Made by a program: the position numbers and the translations under genes | In this document: positions 1-10,028 of the stretch, piece by piece | Layout of the letters: every line of letters starts with the position of its first letter | Numbering within the stretch: position 1 is the stretch's first letter | The notes under the pieces: generated by a model | The model's input: the letters and a program-made list of their open reading frames with translations, nothing else | Database searches by the model: none | Told to the model about the DNA's origin: nothing | Assembly: GCA_047602425.1 (NCBI GenBank) | Contig: JASGHG010000001.1 | Span: 672,001 to 736,000, forward strand | Source of the DNA: Nibricoccus sp. | GTDB taxonomy: Bacteria > Verrucomicrobiota > Verrucomicrobiia > Opitutales > Opitutaceae | Direction of reading: 5' to 3' | DNA: 64,000 bases

Positions 1-3000
1 TCTCGCGATTCAAGAACACCTGGCGGTTGCCAGCAGGTTTCGGCGGGCAACGCAGGAATGGCTTGAGCCAGCCGTTTTTCTTGGAGTGGTGCGAATGATA
101 ACCGTCAGGCGCGGGCGGCACGTCAACGGTGGGCAACGCAATTGGGTCGATGCGGCGCACCGTGTGGCGCAGGACCGGTCGACCGAAGAGCGTGATCGTG
201 TAATTGCCCGGCGTGGTCGCTCCTTCGGCGTCAATGGTGCCACCGTAGGTCGGCGTGCCGAAGGTGCGCACTGAGGGCAGGCCGGGCACGAGGAGATCGA
301 GCGAGATCATGGACCAGCCAGTGAGCAACACGTGCTCGCCCGTCAGCAGTTGAACCGAACCATCGACTTCGCCAAACAATTTTGGCGCGCGGCGCACGGC
401 GGCGGTGGCGGCGATCGACAATTCCGCGGTTGCGGTGCCGATATAGTTGGGTTCGTCGATTGTCGCGACCACATCGTAGGCGCCGGGATATGTGGGCGCG
501 TGGGCAACGCCATCATAGGTATAGACGATGTTTAGGCCAACCGGGCTTGTGGTGGCCGAGGCATTCACCGGCGACCCGGTGTAGGAACGGAGTTGATCGA
601 CCAGCGTCAGCGTCGCGAGGGCTTTTTCGATGGAGAACGTCAGCGTGACGCTGGTGGTGCCGGCAACGTTGGTCGCGCTGATCACAACGGTGTAGGTTCC
701 GGCGCCGGTCGGAGCACCCGAGATCACGCCTGTCGCCGCATCGAGTTCGAGCCCCGGAGGAAGCCCGGTCGCACTATAGGAAGTGGGCAGGTGCGTCGCC
801 TGGATTCCAATATTGAGACCCGAACCATAGACTCCACTTAGATCCATAGTGGCGATGACGGGAGGGCGGGCAAAAATATGGAGATTGACCAGACCGGTCA
901 TCGAACTGCCTTCGGCGTCCGTGACGGTGTAGCGGAATGAACCGAGTCCAATGATGTTGCGCGTCGGGACAAAAATCGCGGTTTTACCGTCAGCAGCGAG
1001 GATGACCTGGCCGTTTTGCGCGTCGAAGACGGCGTGCACGGGCCCATTGGTATAGCCGCGCGTCAGACTGCTGAGATCGATCTCAATCGAGCTGTCATGT
1101 TCAACGTCGGCGTGCGGCAAGGCGAGCCAGTTTAGATACTCCTCAAGGTTCGTGTATCCGTTATTGTCGGCATCGGCGTTGGCATCGGAGAAGTCGCCGG
1201 GAGCGGAATTCGGATTCAGGCCCTTGATCTTTTCCCACCAATCCGGAAGGCCGTCGTTATCGGAGTCGAAATCGGAGGAGCGATGGAACTCGGGATAATC
1301 CTCCCAACCGCCGACATCGTCCTGCGAGTTGGGCAGGCCGGGATAGCCGCCGAAAGGCCCGGTGCCGGTGTAGGTGTAGGTTCCGGTTAACGTTTCGCCG
1401 ATAACCCGAACATCGTGGTCGTCAATCGGAGCATTCGCACCGACGTCGGAAAGCACTCGCTTGTACGCATCGCGCGCCGACTGCGTTTCGACGTACGAGG
1501 GGAAGAAGGGAGCGTTCACGAAAGTCTCGTAGGTAGGTGGAATGACGTCGCTTTCAACGACACTGCGGCGACCGGCTTCCTGGTTGGTCTCGTCGAAACG
1601 GCCCGGCATGACATTGCCGGCGAAGTAGGCGCGCTGGGAACCTCCGGCGTTGTTTTCGTGATTCATCGTGAGCGCGTAGAAATGGCGGGAGGCCGCGCCG
1701 GGCTTGTAGTAGTTGTTGACGAAGTTGACCTCCATGGCGCCGCCATCGGTGGTGCGGCCGCGCCAGTTGTAGACAACGTTGTTGGTGATATCGAGGCGTC
1801 CGGCGAAGTTACCCGAACCATCGAGACCGCCACCGAGCGACCAGTTGCGGCCTTCGTTGTGCGCAAGGAGGTTGTGATGGAAGCTGCCAATATCGCCGCC
1901 GATCGTGGCGGCGTAGCCGTGAGCTGTACCTGGCGGATAGTTTTGGTGGCCGGCGATATTGAGAGCCTCCGAGATCAAGGTGCGCTGGAGCGTAATATTC
2001 TTCGCCGTACGCGAGCTGAATTCCTCGTCTATGGCCCAACTGATGGAACAGTGATCCATGATACTGAAATCGCAGCCGGCGAGGCCGCCACCGTCGAGCG
2101 TGACACCGGCGATGTTGCCGGGGCGGTTGCGGAAATAGCGAATGACCGAATTGCGCGCACCGCTGAAGCCAAGTGGCCACCCACGCGTCGTGATGCCCTT
2201 GCCCGGGGCCGTCTGTCCCGCGATGGTGACATAAGGCTGGCTGAGCGTCAGCCGGGACTGGAGGGTGATGAGGCCGCTGACATCGAAAACGATCGTACGT
2301 GGTCCCGTTTCCTGCTCGATCGCGTAGCGAAGCGTGCCAGGAATGGGCGTTTGGCTGGAGCCATAGTCGGCAAGAGACGTCACTTTCACGACGCGGCCAC
2401 CGCGACCGCCGATGGCGAAACGTCCATAACCTTCCGCTCCCGGGAAAGCGAGCTGCCGGGGCTTGAAGTACCAGGTCGTACCCTTGGTGACGTTGCCCAA
2501 GGTGTTGATCTCGTCGATGCGCCAGTAGTACTTCAAGTGGTTGCTGAGCCCCGAGACGGGGAAAGTGGTGGAAACTTGATTGCCCTTATATTCCGGAGAG
2601 CCACGTGTAGCGGTTTTCACCGCCTGCAAGTCGGTGCCGAAATAAACGTCGTGGGAAACAACGTTGCCACTGAGCGCGGGCAGCCAGCCTAAAGTAAGCC
2701 CTCCCTCGTCGGCATTGGCATGTTCGTCGAAATCCACCGGATAAGGCGTGTTGGCGATGCGGCTGGTATTGGGCGTGTCGATTTCGAAGCCGTTGATGAA
2801 CGGCGTGCGGCGGAGATTGACGCCGGGAGGAAGCGTGACCGAAGGAGCGGGATCAGCGCTAAAGAGAATTGTAACGACATCGCCCGGCCCACTGACGGAA
2901 AATTCAAGGTAGGCCGTGGCGGCAGCGAGGGTGGATGCGGCGCGAATGGTTTGCTGGAGATTGTCGACGACCTGGGTGCCGTTGACGAAAATATCGATTG

Positions 3001-3493
3001 GGCCAAAGAAATTTGTGGCGGGGTTGTCGACAGCGTTATGGTAGGTCAACAACGTGTGATCGCCGGGGGAAAGGCCGGTGATGGTCATCTGGATTTCGCC
3101 GCCCGCGACGGTGGCGACTGGGCCGGCGCCAATGCCGTCGCTAACGAGCTTCGCCGTGCCTTGCGCACCGACCTGAAACCAGTTGGCGATGATGCCAGTA
3201 CCGCCGCGACTGGCGGAAAGCGCCGTCTGCGCAAAACTGATTGTGACCACTTCGCCCGTGCTCGTGGTAAACGTCTGGGTCGCCGCCGCCGTGCCCGTCG
3301 TAGTCGTCCCGGGGTTTCCGCTGGGGATGATGGAGCTCCACATCGTGTAACCTGGTTCGGTTTGGCCAACTTGGTTGCGGGAGACGTTGTTAATGTCCAC
3401 TTTCAGTTCGCCCGCCAAAACGGCAGGTACGAGGGCGCAGGAAACGCCGATAATGGCGCATGCGCGCAGCAGGATGCGATGCATTGGGATCAT
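1..3493 (-). CDS. Secreted pectate lyase (PL1-like beta-helix) with N-terminal accessory domain, Ig/He_PIG and MBG-like domains and a C-terminal domain shared with the neighbouring PL4 lyase; 3' end runs off the window
   Basis: Absent from the ORF track (edge-truncated). Manual translation from ATG 3493 (MIPMHRILLRACAIIGVSCALVPAVLAG, signal-like) was in frame at every point checked down to base 2. Motifs: AFPGAEGYGRFAIGGRGG, GPRTIVFDVSG, IAGQTAPGKG, DHCSISW, HHNLLAH, NNVVYNW, DSDNDGLPDWWE, GYTNLEEYL, ATGLPPGLELDAATGVISG. Confidence 0.85.
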   Translation of the reverse strand, partial: MIPMHRILLRACAIIGVSCALVPAVLAGELKVDINNVSRNQVGQTEPGYTMWSSIIPSGNPGTTTTGTAAATQTFTTSTGEVVTISFAQTALSASRGGTGIIANWFQVGAQGTAKLVSDGIGAGPVATVAGGEIQMTITGLSPGDHTLLTYHNAVDNPATNFFGPIDIFVNGTQVVDNLQQTIRAASTLAAATAYLEFSVSGPGDVVTILFSADPAPSVTLPPGVNLRRTPFINGFEIDTPNTSRIANTPYPVDFDEHANADEGGLTLGWLPALSGNVVSHDVYFGTDLQAVKTATRGSPEYKGNQVSTTFPVSGLSNHLKYYWRIDEINTLGNVTKGTTWYFKPRQLAFPGAEGYGRFAIGGRGGRVVKVTSLADYGSSQTPIPGTLRYAIEQETGPRTIVFDVSGLITLQSRLTLSQPYVTIAGQTAPGKGITTRGWPLGFSGARNSVIRYFRNRPGNIAGVTLDGGGLAGCDFSIMDHCSISWAIDEEFSSRTAKNITLQRTLISEALNIAGHQNYPPGTAHGYAATIGGDIGSFHHNLLAHNEGRNWSLGGGLDGSGNFAGRLDITNNVVYNWRGRTTDGGAMEVNFVNNYYKPGAASRHFYALTMNHENNAGGSQRAYFAGNVMPGRFDETNQEAGRRSVVESDVIPPTYETFVNAPFFPSYVETQSARDAYKRVLSDVGANAPIDDHDVRVIGETLTGTYTYTGTGPFGGYPGLPNSQDDVGGWEDYPEFHRSSDFDSDNDGLPDWWEKIKGLNPNSAPGDFSDANADADNNGYTNLEEYLNWLALPHADVEHDSSIEIDLSSLTRGYTNGPVHAVFDAQNGQVILAADGKTAIFVPTRNIIGLGSFRYTVTDAEGSSMTGLVNLHIFARPPVIATMDLSGVYGSGLNIGIQATHLPTSYSATGLPPGLELDAATGVISGAPTGAGTYTVVISATNVAGTTSVTLTFSIEKALATLTLVDQLRSYTGSPVNASATTSPVGLNIVYTYDGVAHAPTYPGAYDVVATIDEPNYIGTATAELSIAATAAVRRAPKLFGEVDGSVQLLTGEHVLLTGWSMISLDLLVPGLPSVRTFGTPTYGGTIDAEGATTPGNYTITLFGRPVLRHTVRRIDPIALPTVDVPPAPDGYHSHHSKKNGWLKPFLRCPPKPAGNRQVFLNRE

Positions 3494-3730
3494 AGCAGCG
3501 GGGGTTTGGGATATCGATATCTGGCGGTGATGACGCCGAGTTGTGGCAGGGCAAAAAGCAGTCAACAAAGGGTTCTCCTCAGCAACGGGCTCGTTGCGCA
3601 CATCGTTGAATGGAGCGATTTTTTCCACCCATGACAACGCCCGGAGCGTCCCGTAAATACGGGACAGGGCTTCCGCGTAACGATTCCCAAGTCGGACATC
3701 GATCGATTCTGCGCCGCCAATGGCGTGTCG

Positions 3731-3767
3731 AAAATAAAATGCCCGCGGTGTGGGCGACCGCGGGCAT
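3731..3767 (-). terminator. Rho-independent terminator of the PL4 lyase gene
   Basis: 11-bp stem ATGCCCGCGGT (3739-3749)/ACCGCGGGCAT (3757-3767), 7-nt loop, followed on the minus strand by TTTATTTT; 30 nt past the stop at 3798. Confidence 0.8.
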
Positions 3768-3797
3768 GATTCTCATCGGATATTTTGCCGGTTGAGG

Positions 3798-6700
3798 TTA
3801 GTTTAAGGGCTCGGTTGATACCGGTTCCTGAAGGACGCCGTCGCCGTTGATGATCAGACGGTCGGCGATGACCTCGCCCGTAACGGTGCTGTTCGCGTTA
3901 ATGATCACGGTGCCCGTCGGAGCGATGACATAACCGTTCAATGTCGACGAAGCATTGAGGATGATGCCGCCCGCGGCGATCTTCAACGTCAGCCACTCGG
4001 GATGCGCAGCGTCGCCCACGGTCGAGCCGAAGTTGATCGCAGTGCCGTTCGCGAGCACCAGCGTGACAGGCCCAACAATTCGGAGCTGAGCCGACGCGTT
4101 GAGGATCAAGCTCTGCAGGTTGTAGACCGCCGGTTCGGTCGCACCCGCCACGCCAAGGGTGAAGCCACTGCCCGCGTTGGCGGTAAGATTGCCGTAGTTG
4201 CCCGGCGGCACGGCGACAAAACCGACAGCTCCGGTGAGGATGAGATTGCGGAGAGTGGCAAAATCACCCGGTGTCTGGCCGGCTTTGTAGATAAGAACGG
4301 TGCGCGTGCCAGTCGGCGATGGCGGAACGCTGACTGAAGGCATGGCAATCGGATCGACGCGGCGCACGAGGTAGCGGAGGACGGCGCTGTGGTTCAACGT
4401 CACGGAGTAATTCGTGGGCGTCGCGGCGCCGGTGGCATCTTGGATACCGCCGAAGGTTGGAGTACCGTTGAGACGCAAGGTGGGCAAACCAGGCACGAGC
4501 AGATCGCCCGCCACATAACCACGACTGTTGAGCGTAACGTATTCGCCATTCAGCATCTGGAGTGAGCCGTCGAGATCGCCATTGAGCACCGGCGCGTGGC
4601 GAACCAGCGCGGTGATCGAAATCACGAGCGTGCCACTAACCGATCCCGTATAGTTCGGGTCGCTGATTATGGCGACGACCTCATAGGTGCCGGGCAACGT
4701 CGGCGGCGTCGTGCTACCGTTGTAAGTAAACGTGACCGGCAAACCCGGCGGATTCGTTGTGATCACTGGCGTCTTTGGCGAGCCATCGTACGATAGACGC
4801 AACGGGTTGCGGCCCGAACCATTGCCGAAGCTAAGGACAACCGGCATTGGCGCCACCGTGATCGTGAGCGTGGAAGCGCCAGTGCCGGCGAGATTCGTAG
4901 CGCCAAGCGCGACGTTAAATGTCCCCGCCGCGCCAAGCGTGCCGGAGATCACGCCGGTGGCGGAATCGAGCGTCAGTCCCGGCGGCAACCCGGAAGCGCT
5001 GAAGCTCGTCGGCGCATTGTCGGCAGTGATCGTGTAGCTGAATGCATCGCCAAACGTGCCGCTGCGGGATGTGTCACTCGTGATCACAGGACGCGCGACG
5101 ATGGAAACACGCAACGAGTTGGCATCGACTGTCGTGACTCCCGCAAAACCGTCGGGCAACCCTGTCACCGTGAAGTCGCCCGAGGCAAACGTCGTGGAAC
5201 CAAAAGTCGCCACCGTGTAGCTGTTACCGTGAGCAAGTGGTTCGGTCGCGTTGAGCGCCAGCGACCAGCCCGCATCGGCGCCTTTGGTGAGCGCACCGCT
5301 GAGTACCAACTGATCGGATACGCCGTTGGCGCCGAGATCCAGCGAGAGCAATCCACCGCCATTCCACGCGAGCGACAAACCCGTAAGTGCACCGATTGTA
5401 ACCGGGCCAGCAGGCGCAACGCCACCACCAGCGTTGAGCGTAATCGGACGGTTGATCGTGCCAGTGCCCGCGAGGATGCCAGAACTGTTAATCATCACTC
5501 CATTAGTCGCAGTCGCGAGCGTGCTCGTGACGTTGAGTGTGCCGCTGTTGACCGTCGTGGTGCCCGTATACGTGTGCACACCGCCACCATCAAGTGTGAG
5601 CGTCCCCTCGCCTATTTTGGTGAAACCACCCGCGCCACCGACGATACCGTTGAGCGAGATATTGAAAGGTTCGTCAGAAGAATCGGCGGTTTTGATCGTC
5701 ACATTACCGCTGGCGGGCAGGTTAATGTTCAGCGCAGTCGACCAGTCGGCCTTGGCGCCGAGGATGCCGCTGCTGAAGTTGAGGTTCGTGACCAGCGTAC
5801 TCGCGCCGTTTTTCACGATACCACCGCTGCCGAGATAGAGGGTGCCGCCGTTGAGCGTGATCGTTGCCGAACCAGCTGTTACGGTCGGATCGAATCCAAG
5901 CGTGAATTTTTCCACGGTGCTCACGCCACCGGTGAAGATAGCGGTACCGACGTTGTTGGCATTGGCGCCGTTGTTGCGGCAAAGCAGCAGTCCGTACGCG
6001 GTGTCGGTCGAAATCAGAGTACCGCCAATCACGCGCAGCGCACCGCCACGAGCGCCGGTCTGTTGCCAGCCGATCGTGATCGGGCCACTCGCCGTGACGA
6101 GGCCGCCTTCGATGGACATGTTGCCGTAGGAGTTCAGCGTGCCGAGGCCGATATCGGTCGTGGCCAGCGTGCCGCCTGTGACGATCACACCGGTGCCATA
6201 GTCGGGCGCCGTGCCGGCGTTGCGCGTGACACTGACGCTGCCAGTTGTCACCGAACCGCCGCTAACAAGAAGCGTCGCTCCAAAGTTTCCGGCCGTGCGA
6301 TAGTTGCCGAGCGAAACTGCGCCATTGCTCACGATGATGCGTCCGGTGTTGTTCGTCACGAGGCCGGTCGTGGCCACCGAACCACCGCTGACCTGTAATA
6401 TAGTATTGGTCGAGAGATTGATCGCTCCTGAGCCGAGATTGAGCGCGCCACCGGTGGGCAGATCAATGTAACCGGTGTTAACGTTGAGCGCACCGGTCAC
6501 GGTGTTGGCACCGCCAAGCACGAGCGTGCCGGCGCCGTTCTTGGTCACACCGCCAGTGCCCGCGATGGAAGCGTCGACGCGTGCAATGGTCCCGTTAAGC
6601 CCGAAAGCCGTGCCGGTTCCGCCGGTGACACCATTGACCGTTAGGGTCGGCGAAGTTCCGGCGAGCGTGAGCTTGTTCGCAGCCGAGCCGTTGCCGTCGA

Positions 6701-9470
6701 GCGTCCAGTTAGCAGCGGAACTTGTCGCAACATCGCCAAACACCACGCGGTTGATCGTGCGCGGCGAGTCGAGATGCACGGTGTTGCCCGCCGTCAGATC
6801 GAGCGTGTTGAAATCAGCGGTGTTGGCCGCGCCGTCGGCCACGACAGCGTTGTTCCAATTCGATGGATCGCTCCAGAGTCCGCCCGTGATCGGCTGAATC
6901 CAAGTGCCGTTTCCGATCGAAGCGAGGACGAGGGTGTAGGACTGGCCGGCGTTGTAAGCGGCCTCCGGATTGCCTTGAGCGTCCACGACGCCGCTATTGT
7001 CAGCAAGATTGAGCCGAACCGTACCAACCCCACTAACGGCAACGCTCACGGCAAATGTGTCGCCACTGGTTGCCGAAACAGCTGTGACCGTACCAGTGGC
7101 AGTTCCAGTCGTGCTAAGCGAAAACGCCGCTGGTGTAACTCCACTCACTACATGATTGAACGCGACGCGGAAATCGACGCTGCCGATATTGGAGGGAATG
7201 ATTTGTTGGGTGGGGCTGAGGCGTTGAATGGCCACGCGCGGCGCGCCGGAAAGATTGAGAATAAACTTCGGCGAAGAACGACTCGCCTGACCGGCCTCCG
7301 TAACGGTCGCAAAGAAAGTATTCACACCATCGGGCAGAGAGACGGTCGCGTAATCGAGTAGCCAGATTCCGGTCGCATTGGCGGTCGTCGTGCCAATCGT
7401 GCCAAAACCGTTGCGCGTGATGGCCACGGTCGCTCCGGGCGCAGCTGTGCCAATGAAAACAAATACGCGGTCCGAGGTCGTTGCGCCGCTCGTGTATGTG
7501 CCGGTATCACCGACCGCCGAGGTAATCGTCGGCATGATCAGACCACTTTGGAAAGTCGCTGCGGTCGAAACCGGGCTATTGTGACCGTACGCGTCAGTCG
7601 CAACCGCGGTGACGCTGTGCAAGCCGTCGGCAAGCACGCCCGCAATCGTGATCGTCCATGTACCGTCAGCTCCGACCGTGGCAGAGCCGGCAGGAGTCGC
7701 ACCGTCGAGTGTAATAGCGACGATCCGGCCAGGTTCGGCCGTACCCGAAACCAAGAGTGGATTGGCGCCTATGTAGGTAATCGCTGGTGTGGCGATCGGG
7801 CCGTCGAGTTCCACTGCGTCGAAAACATAGCTCGCGCTCAGGAAAGGCCCGATGTCTGACGTGCCGCTGACGGGCGTGAGCGTGAGCGTATTCGTTCCGG
7901 CGACGAGCGCGCTGGCCGGAATGGTCCAACTGAAAGTGTTGTTGTTTCCACGATAGGTGCCGACCGTGATCGTGCGGGTGCCAGGCTGCGAAGGCGCAGC
8001 GGGAACGGAGGAATTCCAAACGTTGTTCACGTTCACCGTGGGACGTCCGCCCGCATAGTTGCAGGTGATCCCAACGCGAATCGTTAGATCTGTTACCTGG
8101 TTTGGCGCGAGATTGAACTTGATCGTCGTAGGACTGTTCTTGAGACGAAATTCAGCTGATGGAAAAGCCACCAGTGGATCGACACCCACCGTATAAGTGA
8201 TCGGGCCCCACGGCGTCATGCGCACATCGGTCGGATGCATGGTGGTAAGTTTGTCGGCGTTCATGAAACCCGCAGGCGTGCCATCCCATTCGCCAATGCG
8301 GAAAATCACCGAGGGAGTTGCCTCCGTTGAAACGAGATTGAGCGGAGTCGTGGCGCCAGCGGTCACCACAACATCGTTCTGCACCGCGACCTCGAACTCG
8401 CCCTTGAAAAGCGTGGCTTTATAAGTGCCCGGAAGCATTCCGGCGCAGATGTAGTTGCCGCTGTTGTTGACCGTGGCCCAATATTGGCCGGAGGGGCCGG
8501 AGAAGCCGACCACAGCCTGGAACTGTGCCGGTACTCCGGAGGCGGTACCGCTCACGCTTCCGCGTCCGGAAGCAGGAGTCCAACCGAGGAGATTCAGCGA
8601 ATCGAACCACGTGAGATCCGGCGAGACGGGAGCGGTGCCATTGTTAAAAACGTAGGTATAGGCATTGAGAATGCCGTAGCGATAGATGTCGGTTTGGGCT
8701 TCACCGTAGTTGATCATCGCATACACTTCCTGATCGCCGCCCTCCTGCGCGATCAAACACCGGTAGAAGGGGCCGCCCGACATGCCTTCGTTATTGCCCT
8801 TCACCATCCAGACGCCAACGCCGGGGCCGCTCGCGCCAATGTAGTTCCAATCCATCTGCCGCATATTCGAATAGTGTTTCGAACGCGTCGTGCCGTCGGC
8901 CATGCCAAAGATATCCGCCGATTCGATCGCACCAATATTGTCGCGGATATCCGAAGGCGCGGGACCGTCCGGCAACAGCGTCGAAGGGATGCGCATGATG
9001 TACCTAACCAATCCATGCACATCAGGCTCCGAGGTGAAGTAGTCACCCATGTAGATATTCGAGTCGCCACGACGCGCGATATAGTAATGTGTGAGATTTC
9101 CGCCGATGACAGTGACCTTGATAATGTCATTGCCTACTGTTTCGGCATTCACCGTGACCGCCGAAATACCGTTGTACAGCCAGTCAAAGCCCGAGTTGAC
9201 CTGCGAACCACGCGACTGGTTTTGGTATTCGACACCGTTGTAAACCAGACTCGCGATGTCACCGGGAGACTGCGTGCTGGAACCGCGATCGATGCGCCGC
9301 ACTTTAAAAACCAAGCCGGCGCCCGTATCGATGGTATAGAAATCCGTCGAGGTTGTTAGGCCAAACTCGGCAAAAGCCGTCGCGGGAAAAAGCGCGGCGA
9401 GAAACAGCAGGGCTGTGAATACGCGGTGCAAACCGCGGATTCGATTATTGTGGGATGTATTGTGATGCAT
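3798..9470 (-). CDS. Secreted rhamnogalacturonan lyase (PL4, RhgB-like) fused to Big/Ig domains, passenger-type beta-strand repeats, He_PIG, MBG-like and a C-terminal beta-solenoid-like domain
   Basis: 1890 aa ORF with signal peptide (..LFPATAFA-EFG). The first ~560 aa follow fungal RhgB motif by motif (FGLTTS..Y.IDT, TRSK.YS, SGGPF.R, IFRIGEWDG.P.GF.NA, MHP.D.RM..WGP.TYTVG, GTYRG, FDAVEL). GGVTKNGAGTLVL and GGFTKIGEGTLTL repeats follow. Confidence 0.9.
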   Translation of the reverse strand: MHHNTSHNNRIRGLHRVFTALLFLAALFPATAFAEFGLTTSTDFYTIDTGAGLVFKVRRIDRGSSTQSPGDIASLVYNGVEYQNQSRGSQVNSGFDWLYNGISAVTVNAETVGNDIIKVTVIGGNLTHYYIARRGDSNIYMGDYFTSEPDVHGLVRYIMRIPSTLLPDGPAPSDIRDNIGAIESADIFGMADGTTRSKHYSNMRQMDWNYIGASGPGVGVWMVKGNNEGMSGGPFYRCLIAQEGGDQEVYAMINYGEAQTDIYRYGILNAYTYVFNNGTAPVSPDLTWFDSLNLLGWTPASGRGSVSGTASGVPAQFQAVVGFSGPSGQYWATVNNSGNYICAGMLPGTYKATLFKGEFEVAVQNDVVVTAGATTPLNLVSTEATPSVIFRIGEWDGTPAGFMNADKLTTMHPTDVRMTPWGPITYTVGVDPLVAFPSAEFRLKNSPTTIKFNLAPNQVTDLTIRVGITCNYAGGRPTVNVNNVWNSSVPAAPSQPGTRTITVGTYRGNNNTFSWTIPASALVAGTNTLTLTPVSGTSDIGPFLSASYVFDAVELDGPIATPAITYIGANPLLVSGTAEPGRIVAITLDGATPAGSATVGADGTWTITIAGVLADGLHSVTAVATDAYGHNSPVSTAATFQSGLIMPTITSAVGDTGTYTSGATTSDRVFVFIGTAAPGATVAITRNGFGTIGTTTANATGIWLLDYATVSLPDGVNTFFATVTEAGQASRSSPKFILNLSGAPRVAIQRLSPTQQIIPSNIGSVDFRVAFNHVVSGVTPAAFSLSTTGTATGTVTAVSATSGDTFAVSVAVSGVGTVRLNLADNSGVVDAQGNPEAAYNAGQSYTLVLASIGNGTWIQPITGGLWSDPSNWNNAVVADGAANTADFNTLDLTAGNTVHLDSPRTINRVVFGDVATSSAANWTLDGNGSAANKLTLAGTSPTLTVNGVTGGTGTAFGLNGTIARVDASIAGTGGVTKNGAGTLVLGGANTVTGALNVNTGYIDLPTGGALNLGSGAINLSTNTILQVSGGSVATTGLVTNNTGRIIVSNGAVSLGNYRTAGNFGATLLVSGGSVTTGSVSVTRNAGTAPDYGTGVIVTGGTLATTDIGLGTLNSYGNMSIEGGLVTASGPITIGWQQTGARGGALRVIGGTLISTDTAYGLLLCRNNGANANNVGTAIFTGGVSTVEKFTLGFDPTVTAGSATITLNGGTLYLGSGGIVKNGASTLVTNLNFSSGILGAKADWSTALNINLPASGNVTIKTADSSDEPFNISLNGIVGGAGGFTKIGEGTLTLDGGGVHTYTGTTTVNSGTLNVTSTLATATNGVMINSSGILAGTGTINRPITLNAGGGVAPAGPVTIGALTGLSLAWNGGGLLSLDLGANGVSDQLVLSGALTKGADAGWSLALNATEPLAHGNSYTVATFGSTTFASGDFTVTGLPDGFAGVTTVDANSLRVSIVARPVITSDTSRSGTFGDAFSYTITADNAPTSFSASGLPPGLTLDSATGVISGTLGAAGTFNVALGATNLAGTGASTLTITVAPMPVVLSFGNGSGRNPLRLSYDGSPKTPVITTNPPGLPVTFTYNGSTTPPTLPGTYEVVAIISDPNYTGSVSGTLVISITALVRHAPVLNGDLDGSLQMLNGEYVTLNSRGYVAGDLLVPGLPTLRLNGTPTFGGIQDATGAATPTNYSVTLNHSAVLRYLVRRVDPIAMPSVSVPPSPTGTRTVLIYKAGQTPGDFATLRNLILTGAVGFVAVPPGNYGNLTANAGSGFTLGVAGATEPAVYNLQSLILNASAQLRIVGPVTLVLANGTAINFGSTVGDAAHPEWLTLKIAAGGIILNASSTLNGYVIAPTGTVIINANSTVTGEVIADRLIINGDGVLQEPVSTEPLN

Positions 9471-9880
9471 GGTCCAAATGCGGTCAGGGTTGACAGGAGA
9501 AATACGGCGTGCCCGGGCAAAACAACCGCTCGAGCAGATGCGGTGTTATGACGAAACAGGTGATAGGGGTAAGCGTTTGTGGGTATCGAAACTGGCTCCT
9601 GCCGCACGAGTAATGATGCTGCGCCTCGTGCAAGGTTTGAGCCCTTAAAATTGCACAGATGATTCATTCGGCAAATATATCAAGCCTCGCACCGCCCGCC
9701 GTCTCCAGCCTCCTAGGAGGCATCACAAGAAATAGGGATGCGTCCGGGAGGAGCTTTTACGTTCATTCCGCACAGAAAGAACCACAGGAAGTCTGCACGC
9801 TTCTTAAAAACCCGGCAAAAAAGTAACGCTATTTTTTGTCCGTTTACGGCCTCGGCGGGCCTTATAGAGTGAAAGCCACC

Positions 9881-9934
9881 ATGATGGACGATGCCGAACT
9901 CCTGCGCCGCGCAATCGAGCATCGAGAAACTTGA
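9881..9934 (+). pseudogene. Possible 5' remnant of an ECF sigma factor gene
   Basis: Short ORF MMDDAELLRRAIEHRET*. The first 10 residues resemble the 'M.DD.ELLRRY' start recalled for Verrucomicrobial ECF sigma-70 proteins, then similarity stops. Confidence 0.35.
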
Positions 9935-10028
9935 ACTGACTCGTTGTAACCAATACATTTCCACCTTTTAGATGGTTTAACTTGATCGTTTTTAGCCTCG
10001 TGGATCAAAGTATTTGTTTTCCCCGAGC

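Noticed and set aside
1415..3634. Long plus-strand ORFs 1415-2692 and 2720-3634
   Set aside because: Antisense shadows of the minus-strand pectate lyase; no recognisable motifs.
3798..6600. PL4 protein as a classical autotransporter
   Set aside because: Passenger-type repeats are present, but there is no C-terminal beta-barrel or terminal aromatic residue.
3670..9580. LacI-operator-like words (GTAACGATTC near 3677; GTAAGCGTTT near 9569) upstream of the two lyases
   Set aside because: Short, imperfect and dissimilar to each other; cannot be told from chance.
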